Shown here: positions 32,548 to 42,178 of the stretch, piece after piece
How the letters are laid out: each line of letters opens with the position of its first letter
Numbering within the stretch: the stretch's first letter is position 1
Translations under genes and position numbers: made by a program
NCBI GenBank assembly: GCA_050246755.1
Contig: JBFWVL010000001.1
Coordinates: forward strand, 224,001-288,000
DNA from: Bacteriovoracia bacterium
GTDB lineage: Bacteria; Bdellovibrionota; UBA1018; CAIPTA01
Direction of reading: 5' to 3'
DNA length: 64,000 nt
Notes under the pieces: model-generated
What the model was told of the DNA's origin: nothing
The model's database searches: none
What the model saw: the letters and a program-made list of their open reading frames with translations, nothing else

Positions 32548-33357
32548 TTAGTTGCGAGAAATCTTACGCACCAAAAGCGTCGTGCCGTCGGCGGCGTCTA
32601 GCAGAATCTCCACGTCGCCTAGAGGCGACCTAGGTATAGAGATAGTAAATTTATAAACAAGGGCTATGGCGCTGCCCGTTAGACGATAACCGAGTAAAGC
32701 ATGAATCAAAATATCGCTCGCGCTCACCGCCTCCCCCTCGTCTCCCTGAGAACGCCGGAAAATGGCGAGCGCCGCCTGAGCAGCCTGGGCCGCGAGCTCG
32801 GGAGTAACCACCGGGCCGCGAGCGGGCGTGGGGCCAGAATAAGAATTATTTGATAAATAAATTAAGTTTCCAGCGGAATCGAAGATGGTATTGATGCGGG
32901 AATCAAATACAGGAAGGCCGTTGATCGTTTGCGCCGAAATCACTTGCTGGCTCTGATCCATGCTTCGCCGGCTTTGCACGCGAAGCTCGCCCGCCGCAAT
33001 CCCGAGGAGGCCAGCATAGTCGCGCAGGAATTTTTTTGCCGCTTCGCCAGAATCAGTTTCTCCGAGCGATAAGCGCGCGCCCGACATCTCAGTTAGTACG
33101 CCTTCGACCCACGCCATACGCCAAGGCCCACTCGAATGACGCCGCAGGTTCTCCAGCAGCTCAGGCCGCGATTGCCCGACGGTGGCCGCCGGGGGAACAC
33201 TAGAAACAAGCGGGCGAAGAGCCGCCGCCGGCGAAGCCGGGCTTGCCGGCACCCGCGGAGAAGGCGAAGCGGGCGCTTCCGGCTGAGAATTATTCCGCAG
33301 GAAAAATAGCCCAAAACTAAAAAGGAAGGCCGTGGTGGCAAATAGTAAGTAACGCAT
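32548..33357 (-). CDS. Membrane-anchored stand-alone FTP/PepSY-like (metalloprotease propeptide) protein
   Basis: N-terminal hydrophobic anchor, Pro-rich linker, AAKKFLRDYAGLLGI, QTINGLPVFDSRI, LVYKF...ILLDAADG; no HExxH. Confidence 0.7.
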   Translation of the reverse strand: MRYLLFATTAFLFSFGLFFLRNNSQPEAPASPSPRVPASPASPAAALRPLVSSVPPAATVGQSRPELLENLRRHSSGPWRMAWVEGVLTEMSGARLSLGETDSGEAAKKFLRDYAGLLGIAAGELRVQSRRSMDQSQQVISAQTINGLPVFDSRINTIFDSAGNLIYLSNNSYSGPTPARGPVVTPELAAQAAQAALAIFRRSQGDEGEAVSASDILIHALLGYRLTGSAIALVYKFTISIPRSPLGDVEILLDAADGTTLLVRKISRN

Positions 33358-33366
33358 TTTTCCTTC

Positions 33367-34935
33367 CTAATTGGGCCAAAGGGCGGAGTTACTGCAACTC
33401 GAGCTCGTGGCGGCGGATCCCACCGTCAGAGAAAAACTCACGGCCACATCAGCGTTCGCGGCCAGCGCCCCGGTGGGATCCGAGTACATCGGCCTAAACG
33501 AGAGAGAGAAATTCTTTGCCCCCGCGCTGGTTGCCCTGATGAGGAATGCGGCCATGATGGTGGCGTCGCCGGTGGATCCGCCCGACATTGAAGTCACGAA
33601 GTCGCTATTGGCGTCGAGACGGTAGAACTCTCCCACCTGCCCGCCACTAGGTATACTCGTGCCGGCCGGCGCCGCACCTAAGGTGGCCACGCCCATGCCC
33701 ATCGCGGTACCACTGGGATTTTCCAGATTCACCAGCACCAGGGCGGTTTCGCCCACGTCGAGCTGGCCATTGCAGTTTCCGCCCGACTGGGCGCTGATGG
33801 AATGGTCGTCTATTATATAGACTTGCTTCACGGCGCCGCCCGCCGTGGAAAGACGAAGGCCGGTGGCGTCGTCGGCGCGGTGAAATCCTTTGGCCGTGAA
33901 TTTTGCGACTATTAGATTTCTCTCGGCGACCGAGAGATTTACGAAGGCCGGGCCAGAGGCGTCGTAGAAGGCCTGGTAGAAATCTTTGAACCGGGTGGTG
34001 CCGGGCAGAAGCTCAAGTGCGGTTTTCACCAGGCGATCCATCTTCGCTTTCCCTAAGTTCGCCGGATCGCGCAGATCCCAAAGAATCTCGGTGATGGGCC
34101 GGGCGTCGTCATGTACCTCGTACACCATGCTGGCGGGATAGGCATGATTTTGGGTGGCGTCGCGCACATAGCCCGCGCCGAGCGCCCCGAGAAACCATTC
34201 GGCAAGCTGCCCATCATTTAAAATGGAAAGAGCCCAGTAGTCGGCCAAGGCTTCGTCCAGGGCGCCCGCCTCCCCGCTCGAGTTCATGATCGCCGTGCTG
34301 GCAAGGGTGTGGTTGATCGAGTGGCCCGATTCGTGGATCACTACGTCGGCATCATCGGCGGCCCAGACTTTTTTCCCTCCGCCTTGGTCGATGTAACCGA
34401 GACAGACTGCTTTTGCGCTAGGAGAGTAGAAGGCATTATTCGAATAATTGCAGTGGGCGTCAATTTGCACCTTCCCGAGCGCGCCAAGATCGGCGTTAAG
34501 GGAGCTCATTAAATCACGAAGCTTGGTTGCATAATAAAAACTATTTAGCTGTTGGAATTCGGGGCTGCCCGGTCCGTAGGCTTGATTGGCCCTGTCCATC
34601 GAAGCCAGGCTATAAGGAAAGAGCGAGTCTCCCACCACAGAGAAACGATCACTCTCAAGAAAGCAGTTCCCGGCGAGGCCAGAAAGGGTGCCGCTGGTGG
34701 TATAGGCCGTCGAAAGCACGGAATTGAAGGCTAGGACACTGTTGCCGGAGCCGGTACGGGGATTCTCGCTAAAGTAATTGATAAGCACAGAGGTAGGTCC
34801 ATTTACGCAAGAACCCACTAGGGGCGGGGTGCCGCTCGTCTCTACCGTAGTCTTATTACTAGGGCCGCAGGCGGCTAGAACTAGCCACAGACCGTAGATA
34901 AGGAAGCTCTTTTTCCATGAGTCCTGCAAAATCAA
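33367..34935 (-). CDS. Lipoprotein zinc metallopeptidase (M36/M4-like catalytic domain) with C-terminal Ig-like domain
   Basis: Lipobox LAAC, NAFYSP, DADVVIHESGH, GALDEALADY, EVHDD...ILWD; C-terminal GNCNGQLDVGETALVLVNLEN. Confidence 0.85.
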   Translation of the reverse strand: MILQDSWKKSFLIYGLWLVLAACGPSNKTTVETSGTPPLVGSCVNGPTSVLINYFSENPRTGSGNSVLAFNSVLSTAYTTSGTLSGLAGNCFLESDRFSVVGDSLFPYSLASMDRANQAYGPGSPEFQQLNSFYYATKLRDLMSSLNADLGALGKVQIDAHCNYSNNAFYSPSAKAVCLGYIDQGGGKKVWAADDADVVIHESGHSINHTLASTAIMNSSGEAGALDEALADYWALSILNDGQLAEWFLGALGAGYVRDATQNHAYPASMVYEVHDDARPITEILWDLRDPANLGKAKMDRLVKTALELLPGTTRFKDFYQAFYDASGPAFVNLSVAERNLIVAKFTAKGFHRADDATGLRLSTAGGAVKQVYIIDDHSISAQSGGNCNGQLDVGETALVLVNLENPSGTAMGMGVATLGAAPAGTSIPSGGQVGEFYRLDANSDFVTSMSGGSTGDATIMAAFLIRATSAGAKNFSLSFRPMYSDPTGALAANADVAVSFSLTVGSAATSSSCSNSALWPN

Positions 34936-35010
34936 AGGGTTCCCTCCCTTAAGTTAATTTTACCACATGCGTCATAGGCTATGGAACCGCCTTATTCTTA
35001 AGATTATCCC

Positions 35011-35046
35011 TCAATAGTTGACTTCATTGCTCCGATAACTTACAAT
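35011..35046 (+). promoter_or_regulatory. Promoter of cglB-aglRQS-gltD-like operon (sigma70, overlapping a FliA-like site)
   Basis: TTGACT(35018)-17nt-TACAAT(35041); also TCAA-N16-TCCGATAA at 35011-35038. Confidence 0.65.
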
Positions 35047-35059
35047 AATAATTAACAAT

Positions 35060-36151
35060 ATGAACTTTTCTAAGCAAAACAAAATTGGCCTGAAATTACT
35101 GGGGGTTGCAGCCCTATCGGCCAGCACGCTCGTGGCCTGTGGCCCTAAAGCGCCTAGTTTTGCCATCTTGGCCGCAGGCCAAAGCACCTTCCAGGGCAGT
35201 ACCGCAAACAATAAAGTGGATGTGCTTTGGGTAATCGATAATACGGGCTCCATGTATACCAAGCAGCAGAAGCTTGGCGATGGATTCAGCTCCTTTATTG
35301 ACACCTTCACCACCAAGAGCTTCGACTTCCATATGGGAGTGACCACCACGGATATACTTGGGGGCACCGGGCAGGGCGGAGAACTGCAAGGACTCCCGTA
35401 TCCTTATACCCATCCTACCGACATCACTAAATCCATTCCGGTGAACTATAACGGCGCCAACGGATCGATCATAAAACTCCTAGACAACAATACCCCCGAC
35501 CTCGCCGGCCACTTTGCCGCAAACGCCCGGGTGGGAATTTTGGGTAACCCTAACGGAACCGGACTCGACGCGATCGAACTAGCCCTCAGCCCAAGCGTGC
35601 TCGCCGGCGCAAACGCCGGATTCCTCCGCAGCGAAGCCCACCTGGCCGTGATCGTGGTAAGCGATGCCGACGACAACGACTCTAACCCGGCCACCGTGGC
35701 GAGCGTGACCAGCACCCTGCAGGCCCTGAAGCCCGACCGTTTCGACGTTATTTCCCGAACTTATAAGAAGAATTTCACCGTATCGGCCGTGGTGGTAAGC
35801 GATCCGACCGACACGAACTGCGTGGCCCCTTTCGAGGAAGGCTTGAAATTCAAAGCCCTCGCTAGCGCCACCAACGGATCCATCGCCAATATCTGCGACG
35901 CGAACTTTGCCACCGGTCTGACCAGCATCAGCCAAAAAATCGCCGAGGCGATCACGGAGATCCCGCTTTCGCGCGTACCAGACACCTCGACCATCTCGAT
36001 CACGTTTAACGGAGTGGTCGTACCCAACGACGCCACTAATGGCTGGACCTATGTGAGCTCCGGCAACAAAATCGTTTTCCACGGCACGGCCATCCCTACG
36101 GACAATACTTCGATCGCCATTAACTATATTCCCGCAGACATCATTAGGTAA
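35060..36151 (+). CDS. VWA-domain lipoprotein, CglB-like adhesin
   Basis: Lipobox LVAC, MIDAS-type VDVLWVIDNTGSM, FLRSEAHLAVIVVSDADD; heads the aglRQS operon. Confidence 0.8.
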   Translation: MNFSKQNKIGLKLLGVAALSASTLVACGPKAPSFAILAAGQSTFQGSTANNKVDVLWVIDNTGSMYTKQQKLGDGFSSFIDTFTTKSFDFHMGVTTTDILGGTGQGGELQGLPYPYTHPTDITKSIPVNYNGANGSIIKLLDNNTPDLAGHFAANARVGILGNPNGTGLDAIELALSPSVLAGANAGFLRSEAHLAVIVVSDADDNDSNPATVASVTSTLQALKPDRFDVISRTYKKNFTVSAVVVSDPTDTNCVAPFEEGLKFKALASATNGSIANICDANFATGLTSISQKIAEAITEIPLSRVPDTSTISITFNGVVVPNDATNGWTYVSSGNKIVFHGTAIPTDNTSIAINYIPADIIR

Positions 36152-36169
36152 GGAAAGAGGAGAAGCAAA

Positions 36170-36856
36170 ATGTTAACGCACTTATTACCCATCATCGTAG
36201 TCGGAGCTTTCACGCTGGCCATCATTATCGAGCGCTCTTACGCCCTCTACTGGAAGTTCTCCATCGACAACCATAGCTTCCTCAATGAGGTAAAACAAAA
36301 AATCCTCAGCAATGATATGGCCGGAGCGATTCAAATTTGCTCTAACCAGGGCCACGCGCTAGCACCGAAAGTGGTGAAGGCCGGCTTGCTCCGCGCTTCC
36401 CGCGATAACCGCCAGATCCAAGCAGCGATCGAGATCGTAACCCACGAGGCCGTAGGTAACGTGCGCAAGCGCATCGCTTACCTCGCCATGTTCGCCAATA
36501 TCGCCACCCTATTCGGGTTGCTCGGTACCATCATGGGATTGATCAAGGCCTTCGGCGCCGTAGCGAACGTAGATGCCGCCACCAAATCCGTGATGCTCGC
36601 CGATGGTATCTCCACCTCCATGAACGCGACGGCCACCGGCCTTGCCGTGGCGATACCCGCCATGATCGCCTTCAGCGTGCTCCAGGCTAAAGCAAACCGC
36701 TTAACCGAGAACCTCGAAAGCGCCGCCATGATCGGACTCGACCTGCTCGCCGCCCGTGCTTACCGCGACGAATGGGACGATCTCGGAAATCCTAAAGACA
36801 AACCGGCCGCTCCCGTAATGAGTTCGGACAGCAATAAGCAAGCTAAGGCTTCTTAG
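36170..36856 (+). CDS. aglR: MotA/TolQ/ExbB proton channel, AglR-like
   Basis: IIIER, ANIATLFGLLGTIMGLI, GISTSMNATATGLAVAIP. Confidence 0.85.
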   Translation: MLTHLLPIIVVGAFTLAIIIERSYALYWKFSIDNHSFLNEVKQKILSNDMAGAIQICSNQGHALAPKVVKAGLLRASRDNRQIQAAIEIVTHEAVGNVRKRIAYLAMFANIATLFGLLGTIMGLIKAFGAVANVDAATKSVMLADGISTSMNATATGLAVAIPAMIAFSVLQAKANRLTENLESAAMIGLDLLAARAYRDEWDDLGNPKDKPAAPVMSSDSNKQAKAS

Positions 36857-36882
36857 AAAAAACGGAAAGAGCAGGAACTTTT

Positions 36883-37515
36883 ATGAAGCGCTTCGGACAC
36901 AACGAACACCTCGACACGGAACTGAACATCGTTCCGATCATCGACTGCTTCGTAATGCTCATATGCTTCCTGCTCTTTACCGCCGCCTTCACGCAGCTCG
37001 TATTCCTCGAAGCTAAGCTCACGAGCAATACCGCCGCCGCGGCCAATAAAAGCCGCTCCGAACTCGACCAGTTCCGCCTCGTGATCAGCTTCGAAGATCA
37101 GGGCATGCGCCTGACCACTACCGGCAGCTCGGCCCGCAAGCTAAACGTAGCGTTGCCTAAACAGGGCGGTGAATACGATTTCAAAACCTTGCATTCGCAC
37201 CTCATCGGCCTCAAGACCGAATATCCGGAACGCTTCTCCGCCGACGTGGAGTTCAAGCAGAAACGCGAATCCGTGGACTACGAGAGCATCATGAAGACGA
37301 TCGATTCCGTACGCCATCTAAGCGACGACGAATACTCCACCATGCGCATCGCCCAGAAAAAAGCGAGCAAACTGGAGCTTAACGACACGGAAAAGGAAAA
37401 AATCGTCTCAGAAGAAATCGATAAACTCGCCCGTAGCCTCGCCTCAAACGACGTGGCCAAGAATACTGACCCCAAACTACTTTTCCCGGACATCGCCCTC
37501 GTTGGATTGGAATAG
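36883..37515 (+). CDS. aglQ: ExbD/TolR family, AglQ-like
   Basis: ELNIVPIIDCFVMLICFLL with conserved TM Asp. Confidence 0.8.
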   Translation: MKRFGHNEHLDTELNIVPIIDCFVMLICFLLFTAAFTQLVFLEAKLTSNTAAAANKSRSELDQFRLVISFEDQGMRLTTTGSSARKLNVALPKQGGEYDFKTLHSHLIGLKTEYPERFSADVEFKQKRESVDYESIMKTIDSVRHLSDDEYSTMRIAQKKASKLELNDTEKEKIVSEEIDKLARSLASNDVAKNTDPKLLFPDIALVGLE

Positions 37516-37517
37516 AT

Positions 37518-37997
37518 ATGGAAAGCACTTTCAAAAAACGCCACCACGAAGACGGAGCCTTCGAGCTCCAGATCACCGCACTAATTGACACGCTCGTGAT
37601 CATCCTGATCTTCTTGCTGAAAAGCATTGCCACCGATACTCTTGATCTAGAGCAAAGTAAGGGCATCACGATGCCGATGGTAGTGAACGGCATGACCACC
37701 GGTGCCGGCAGCAGACTGGACATCTCAGCCGAGGCCGTGAGCTGGAATGGCCAGAAGTTCTTGGAAATGAAAGCCTTTGATGTGAAGAAGCCGCTAAACG
37801 GCGCCGAGGGCTGGAAGGGCCTGGAAATGGCAATGAGCGCGACCGTGGAGAAGGAAAAAACCGAAAAAACCTTCGACGGGAAGCTGCTTCTTCAAGCCGA
37901 CAAAAAAACCCCCTTCCCCGTTTTGCAGGAAGTTTTGAAAGTAGCGAAGAGCCACGGCTATAAAGACATTCGCTTCGTGGGCGCGAAGTACAACTGA
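37518..37997 (+). CDS. aglS: ExbD/TolR family, AglS-like
   Basis: LQITALIDTLVIILIFLLKS, LLLQADKKTPF. Confidence 0.8.
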   Translation: MESTFKKRHHEDGAFELQITALIDTLVIILIFLLKSIATDTLDLEQSKGITMPMVVNGMTTGAGSRLDISAEAVSWNGQKFLEMKAFDVKKPLNGAEGWKGLEMAMSATVEKEKTEKTFDGKLLLQADKKTPFPVLQEVLKVAKSHGYKDIRFVGAKYN

Positions 37998-38004
37998 GGC
38001 TGAG

Positions 38005-41000
38005 ATGAAACGAATTCTATTCCTACTTTTTCCCCTGAGCGCAATGGCCACCGAGGCTCCCCTACAGCCGCCGAAACCGGCGCAGTTCACGGCGTCGGAG
38101 CGGAACGATCTCTACGGTGAAAATGGAATGGATTACGCCAAAGATCTATACCTCAAGCTCGACGGCACTCCGGAAGACGATTTGCGCAACCGGAAGTCGG
38201 AGGCCCTCAACTCACGCGTACGCGAGCGCGGGATCGAGAAGCTCGAAAAGCATTTGGCCAAGAATAAAGACCTGCGAATCCGCCGCGAGCTCTTGCATCG
38301 CTTATCCCAGATGCACGAGCAGCAGGCCGAGATCACCTCTCGCCGCGCCGACGTAAAAAATAAAGAAATGGTCATCCAGGCTTCTCTGCGCAATTCGAAT
38401 AAATATCTCGAGCTTTTGCGCAAAGAATTTCCTGCGTTTTCTCCCGACGCCGTTTTATTCAACCTCGCCGAGAACCACAGTAAGCTTAAAGAGAATGAAC
38501 GGGCCGAGCGCTACTACCGCGAAGTTATTTCCCGTTTCCCCAAGAGCTCCGTGGTGGCCGACTCACTGCTGTCCCTCGGCAATCTCTACTTTGAGCGCCA
38601 AGGCTTCCAGGTGGCTCGCTCTTTCTTTCAGCGCATCTTAGAAACCACGGAAGTAAACCTTTACCCTTACGCGCACTACAAAATGGCGTGGTGTTATTTC
38701 AACGAGAGCAATTTCCCTTCCGCCGTGGCCCGCCTGGAGCAATCGATCTACGACAGCCGCAAGCTGCAGGCGAACGGAGAGAAAAAGCTCGGTGTGGAAG
38801 AAGAAGCCCTCAGCGACTTGGTGCTCTTCTTCGCCGAATACGGCAACCCCGACGAAGCCAAAGCTTATTTCGAAAAACTGGTAACCAAGCAAAAGGCGAA
38901 CGAGCTCCGCTACAATCTTTCGCAACGCCTATTTGATCACGGCAAGCACCTCCTGGCCCGCAACGTGGCCAAGCAGCTGCTCGCCGAAGAACCCCAGAAA
39001 GAATACGTGAACCGCCTCTACCTGATCTTGATCAGCGTAGCGGAACGCCTTAAGGACCGGGATTCCGGGCTCGAAACTGAACAAAAACTTTCCACCTGGA
39101 TCAAAGGCGAAAAACTCGCCAAGGAAGATACTTCGCGCCTAGAGACCGAAGAATATATGCGCCAGTATACCCAGAAGCTACACTACGAAGCCGAAACAAT
39201 GAAGCAAACGGAAGTCTGGGCCCAGGCGAAGAAATCTTACGAGATTTACCTCGAAACCTTTCCGGATGAAGCCGATACGGCCGACGTGAAGTTCCGTTAC
39301 GCCGTGCTTCTGATGAACCGTAAAGAGCAGCTGAAGGCCTACCAATCCGTGAGCGAAGCGCTCGCGAAGATGGATAATAAGCACGCCCGCTATAAGGAAG
39401 CCCTGCGCCTCAAGATCCAGAGCGTAGAACTGGCGAAGGCGGATGAGCGCAAGAAAATGCCTGATGCCGACCTCATGGCCACCTACGATGCGTACGCCAC
39501 GAACTTCAGCAGCGAAGATCTGGGCGTAGAGGCCGCCTATAAAGCCGCCGGCTTAGCGAAAAACTTGGAAACGCCCGAGCTCGTGGCGGCCCGCTTCCGC
39601 GCGATCGCCCAAAACTTTCCTAAGCACGCCCTCGCGAAATCGGCCCTCACCGAGGCCCTGGCCGTGCTCGTGAAAGCCGAAAAATGGGAAGCCCTCCGCA
39701 GCGAATCGAAGATGATGGCCGAAAAATCGGAAATTCAGTCCGGCCTGCTCGATAAAGACGACGATCTGAAAAAGAAGATAGCCGAAGCCAGCGAGCTCTC
39801 CCAGGTGAAGATCGCCGAAGGCCTCGAGGCCCAGGGAAAGCCGGAAGAAGCCAAAGCCCATTACGAGCGTATTCTTTCCGAGAAACCTTCCCAAACCCTC
39901 GGCGTCTATTCGTTGGTGCGCCTCGCGGCCCTCGACGAGCAGAAATTTCACCAAAATCGCGACGCCATCAAGCACTACGAAGAGCTGCGTGAGCGCTACC
40001 CTTCCGCGAAGGAATCCCGCCAGGCCGCGCTCGAGCTAGCGCGCCTCTACGATAAAGTGAACGAGCCACTCGAGGCCGTGGCGCGCTACCAGGCTTTCGC
40101 CGGCACGGGCACTGGCAAAACCGAGCTGCAGGCGCTCACGAACGTGGCCGTAATCCTCGAAAGCCTGGGCGAGCGCGAACAGGCCGCCGAAGCTTTTTAC
40201 CGCCTGCATGAAACCATGCGCGCCGCTAAGGCCCCAGAAAAAGATCAGCTCTCCGCTCTCGAGGCTGGTTGCAATAATTCCTTGCTCGCTTCTCACCAGA
40301 ATCGTGAACGTAAAACGATGCAGAGAATCCTTGATTGCGCGAAAAAATTGACCGCCGCGAATAGTCAGGCCCTAGTTTGGCAGGCCCGCGCCGCGTGGGC
40401 TCTCGACCAAATGGCCGATGGCCTTCAAGCTGAAGAGAGCTGGAAAAAACTGGCTGCGCGGAATCTAAAGGCCACCCCGGAAGCCGAACGCGCCTATGTG
40501 GCCATGGGTAAAGTAAAGCTCCTTGGTCACTCCCTCGAAGACTTCAAAAAACTGAAGTTCTCCAAAACCAATGAGCGCCCGGAAGCCAATATCGGCAATA
40601 AAACGAAGGCTCTCGAAGAATTCGAAAAGCTCGCCGAGAACGTGATTAAGGTGGGAACGCCCAAGCAAATCGGCCAAGCCCGCAATATGCTGCGCCTGGC
40701 TTACCTCGATTTCGCGGAAACGATGGAAACCGCCGCCGTTCCCTCGAAGCTGAGCGACGCGGAAAAAGAAGAGCTGAAGAAAAGCTTCGTGACCTTCGCC
40801 AAGGATTTCCACGATCGCGCGAACGCGCTGGAAGGAACTCCGGAATCCCGCAATCTTGCATCGGCGGCACCGGCTCCCGAGCTAAAGATCGGTTCGCTGT
40901 CGAGTTCCGACGAACGCCTGCTAAAAAGCGGGGAAGTTCCCAGCGACCGTGCCGTAGAAATCTTCGCGAAGAAGGCTTACGACTCGTATAAAAACGGCCG

Positions 41001-41157
41001 ATTCGGCGAAGCTCGTTACTTTGGCGAGAAGTGGAAGCGTCAATTGGCCAGTAGCTCAGCTCCTGCCGAGTACGGTAGCCCGGAACTGGATCGCTTTCAG
41101 GCCGTACTGGCCGAGAAGCTTCCCGAAGTGGATCCGCTTACGCGGGATCTGTTCTAA
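38005..41157 (+). CDS. Large exported multi-TPR protein, GltD/AgmU-like
   Basis: Signal peptide; many TPRs (DAVLFNLA, ADSLLSLGNLYF, YAHYKMAWCYFN); follows aglRQS. Confidence 0.75.
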   Translation: MKRILFLLFPLSAMATEAPLQPPKPAQFTASERNDLYGENGMDYAKDLYLKLDGTPEDDLRNRKSEALNSRVRERGIEKLEKHLAKNKDLRIRRELLHRLSQMHEQQAEITSRRADVKNKEMVIQASLRNSNKYLELLRKEFPAFSPDAVLFNLAENHSKLKENERAERYYREVISRFPKSSVVADSLLSLGNLYFERQGFQVARSFFQRILETTEVNLYPYAHYKMAWCYFNESNFPSAVARLEQSIYDSRKLQANGEKKLGVEEEALSDLVLFFAEYGNPDEAKAYFEKLVTKQKANELRYNLSQRLFDHGKHLLARNVAKQLLAEEPQKEYVNRLYLILISVAERLKDRDSGLETEQKLSTWIKGEKLAKEDTSRLETEEYMRQYTQKLHYEAETMKQTEVWAQAKKSYEIYLETFPDEADTADVKFRYAVLLMNRKEQLKAYQSVSEALAKMDNKHARYKEALRLKIQSVELAKADERKKMPDADLMATYDAYATNFSSEDLGVEAAYKAAGLAKNLETPELVAARFRAIAQNFPKHALAKSALTEALAVLVKAEKWEALRSESKMMAEKSEIQSGLLDKDDDLKKKIAEASELSQVKIAEGLEAQGKPEEAKAHYERILSEKPSQTLGVYSLVRLAALDEQKFHQNRDAIKHYEELRERYPSAKESRQAALELARLYDKVNEPLEAVARYQAFAGTGTGKTELQALTNVAVILESLGEREQAAEAFYRLHETMRAAKAPEKDQLSALEAGCNNSLLASHQNRERKTMQRILDCAKKLTAANSQALVWQARAAWALDQMADGLQAEESWKKLAARNLKATPEAERAYVAMGKVKLLGHSLEDFKKLKFSKTNERPEANIGNKTKALEEFEKLAENVIKVGTPKQIGQARNMLRLAYLDFAETMETAAVPSKLSDAEKEELKKSFVTFAKDFHDRANALEGTPESRNLASAAPAPELKIGSLSSSDERLLKSGEVPSDRAVEIFAKKAYDSYKNGRFGEARYFGEKWKRQLASSSAPAEYGSPELDRFQAVLAEKLPEVDPLTRDLF

Positions 41158-41780
41158 TATATTCTGCTAGCGGTGGTAGCGGGAGAGATCCCCACCTGCC
41201 GGATGGCGCTCGGCGAAAATACCGATTGGTTTCCGTTCGGCAGAAGCGTCTGCATCGGCGTGGCGACTACCGCCGCGGGGGCCGCTTGCATTCCCGTGAA
41301 AGGCTGCAAGCTGGGCTTAGCGGAAAATCCCCAGAGATTCGTGAGCTGTGGGCCGGGATTGAAGGTCAGCAGAGAGGGAGCCTTGCTAAAATCGAAGATC
41401 GGCGTAACTCCTTGGTTCCAGATATTTTGAACTTGGGACTGGTATTGCGCCCAGGGGAGCGGAGAAAAATTGGCGAATACGGGAGACTTCACTCCGTAGC
41501 CGTTTAGGGCCGCCTGAGTGTCCAAGTAATACTTAAGTTCGTTTTGGCTGAGGAAATTATAGTATTCCAGCGCGCCTTTTTTAATGACCGCTTCTTCGGC
41601 CTCGCTTCTTACGGCCGCAAATAAATCGCCCTGCAAAGGAAGCTGGGTCACCTGAAGGGCCGGGGAACTGCCGTCTACGCAGGCAATCTTGCGCCAAGGA
41701 CTCTCCGCGCCTCCGCTTAAAAAGCTAAGAGAGAGAACGGCGATTAGGATCGGGCCTACTTTGGTGCTTGGAATCTTCAT
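41154..41780 (-). CDS. Exported hypothetical protein
   Basis: Signal peptide; Pro/Gln/Phe-rich C-terminal half; sigma54 site upstream. Confidence 0.65.
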   Translation of the reverse strand: MKIPSTKVGPILIAVLSLSFLSGGAESPWRKIACVDGSSPALQVTQLPLQGDLFAAVRSEAEEAVIKKGALEYYNFLSQNELKYYLDTQAALNGYGVKSPVFANFSPLPWAQYQSQVQNIWNQGVTPIFDFSKAPSLLTFNPGPQLTNLWGFSAKPSLQPFTGMQAAPAAVVATPMQTLLPNGNQSVFSPSAIRQVGISPATTASRIY

Positions 41781-41791
41781 AGCGAAGGAAT

Positions 41792-41808
41792 CGCAAGGGC
41801 CATACCAA
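41792..41808 (-). promoter_or_regulatory. Putative sigma54 promoter
   Basis: Minus strand TTGGTAT-GGCCC-TTGCG (GG-N10-GC); IHF-like TTTCAGCAAATTA just upstream. Confidence 0.6.
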
Positions 41809-41894
41809 GTTAATTTGCTGAAATTAAAAGACTTTTATCTGTTTTCCCGGCCCGGAAGTCGTTTTCCTTGGACAAGCGTTTAAAGCTTAAACAC

Positions 41895-42158
41895 CTAGGG
41901 AAGGATCTCGATGGGAATCTCTTTCGCAAGGCGATCTACCATTGCCCGAACTTCATCGAGTAAATCAGGAGACTGGTGAAGAAGAATATCCCGGTAAGGA
42001 AGCTGCTTTTCTCCGGGCAAGGTGGAGTAATTCGTAAGCCCGTCGGAAGCTTCGAGGATTTGATAGAGAAAGGCGGAATCTTCTTTACGGACTCTGAGTA
42101 TCATTTGACCCCTAAAATAGCCTCTTACCTTGACCATGGAACGCGAGCTTTCTATCAT
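41895..42158 (-). CDS. DUF4911-like small protein
   Basis: LRVRKEDSAFLYQILEASDGLTNYSTL pattern. Confidence 0.65.
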   Translation of the reverse strand: MIESSRSMVKVRGYFRGQMILRVRKEDSAFLYQILEASDGLTNYSTLPGEKQLPYRDILLHQSPDLLDEVRAMVDRLAKEIPIEILP

Positions 42159-42178
42159 AAGAGCAACAAGGGGACATT

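Noticed and set aside
36170-37997. Tol-Pal or TonB-ExbBD system
   Set aside because: One TolQ-like plus two ExbD-like genes flanked by a VWA lipoprotein and a large TPR protein fit AglRQS; no tolA/tolB/pal or TonB-dependent receptor is adjacent.
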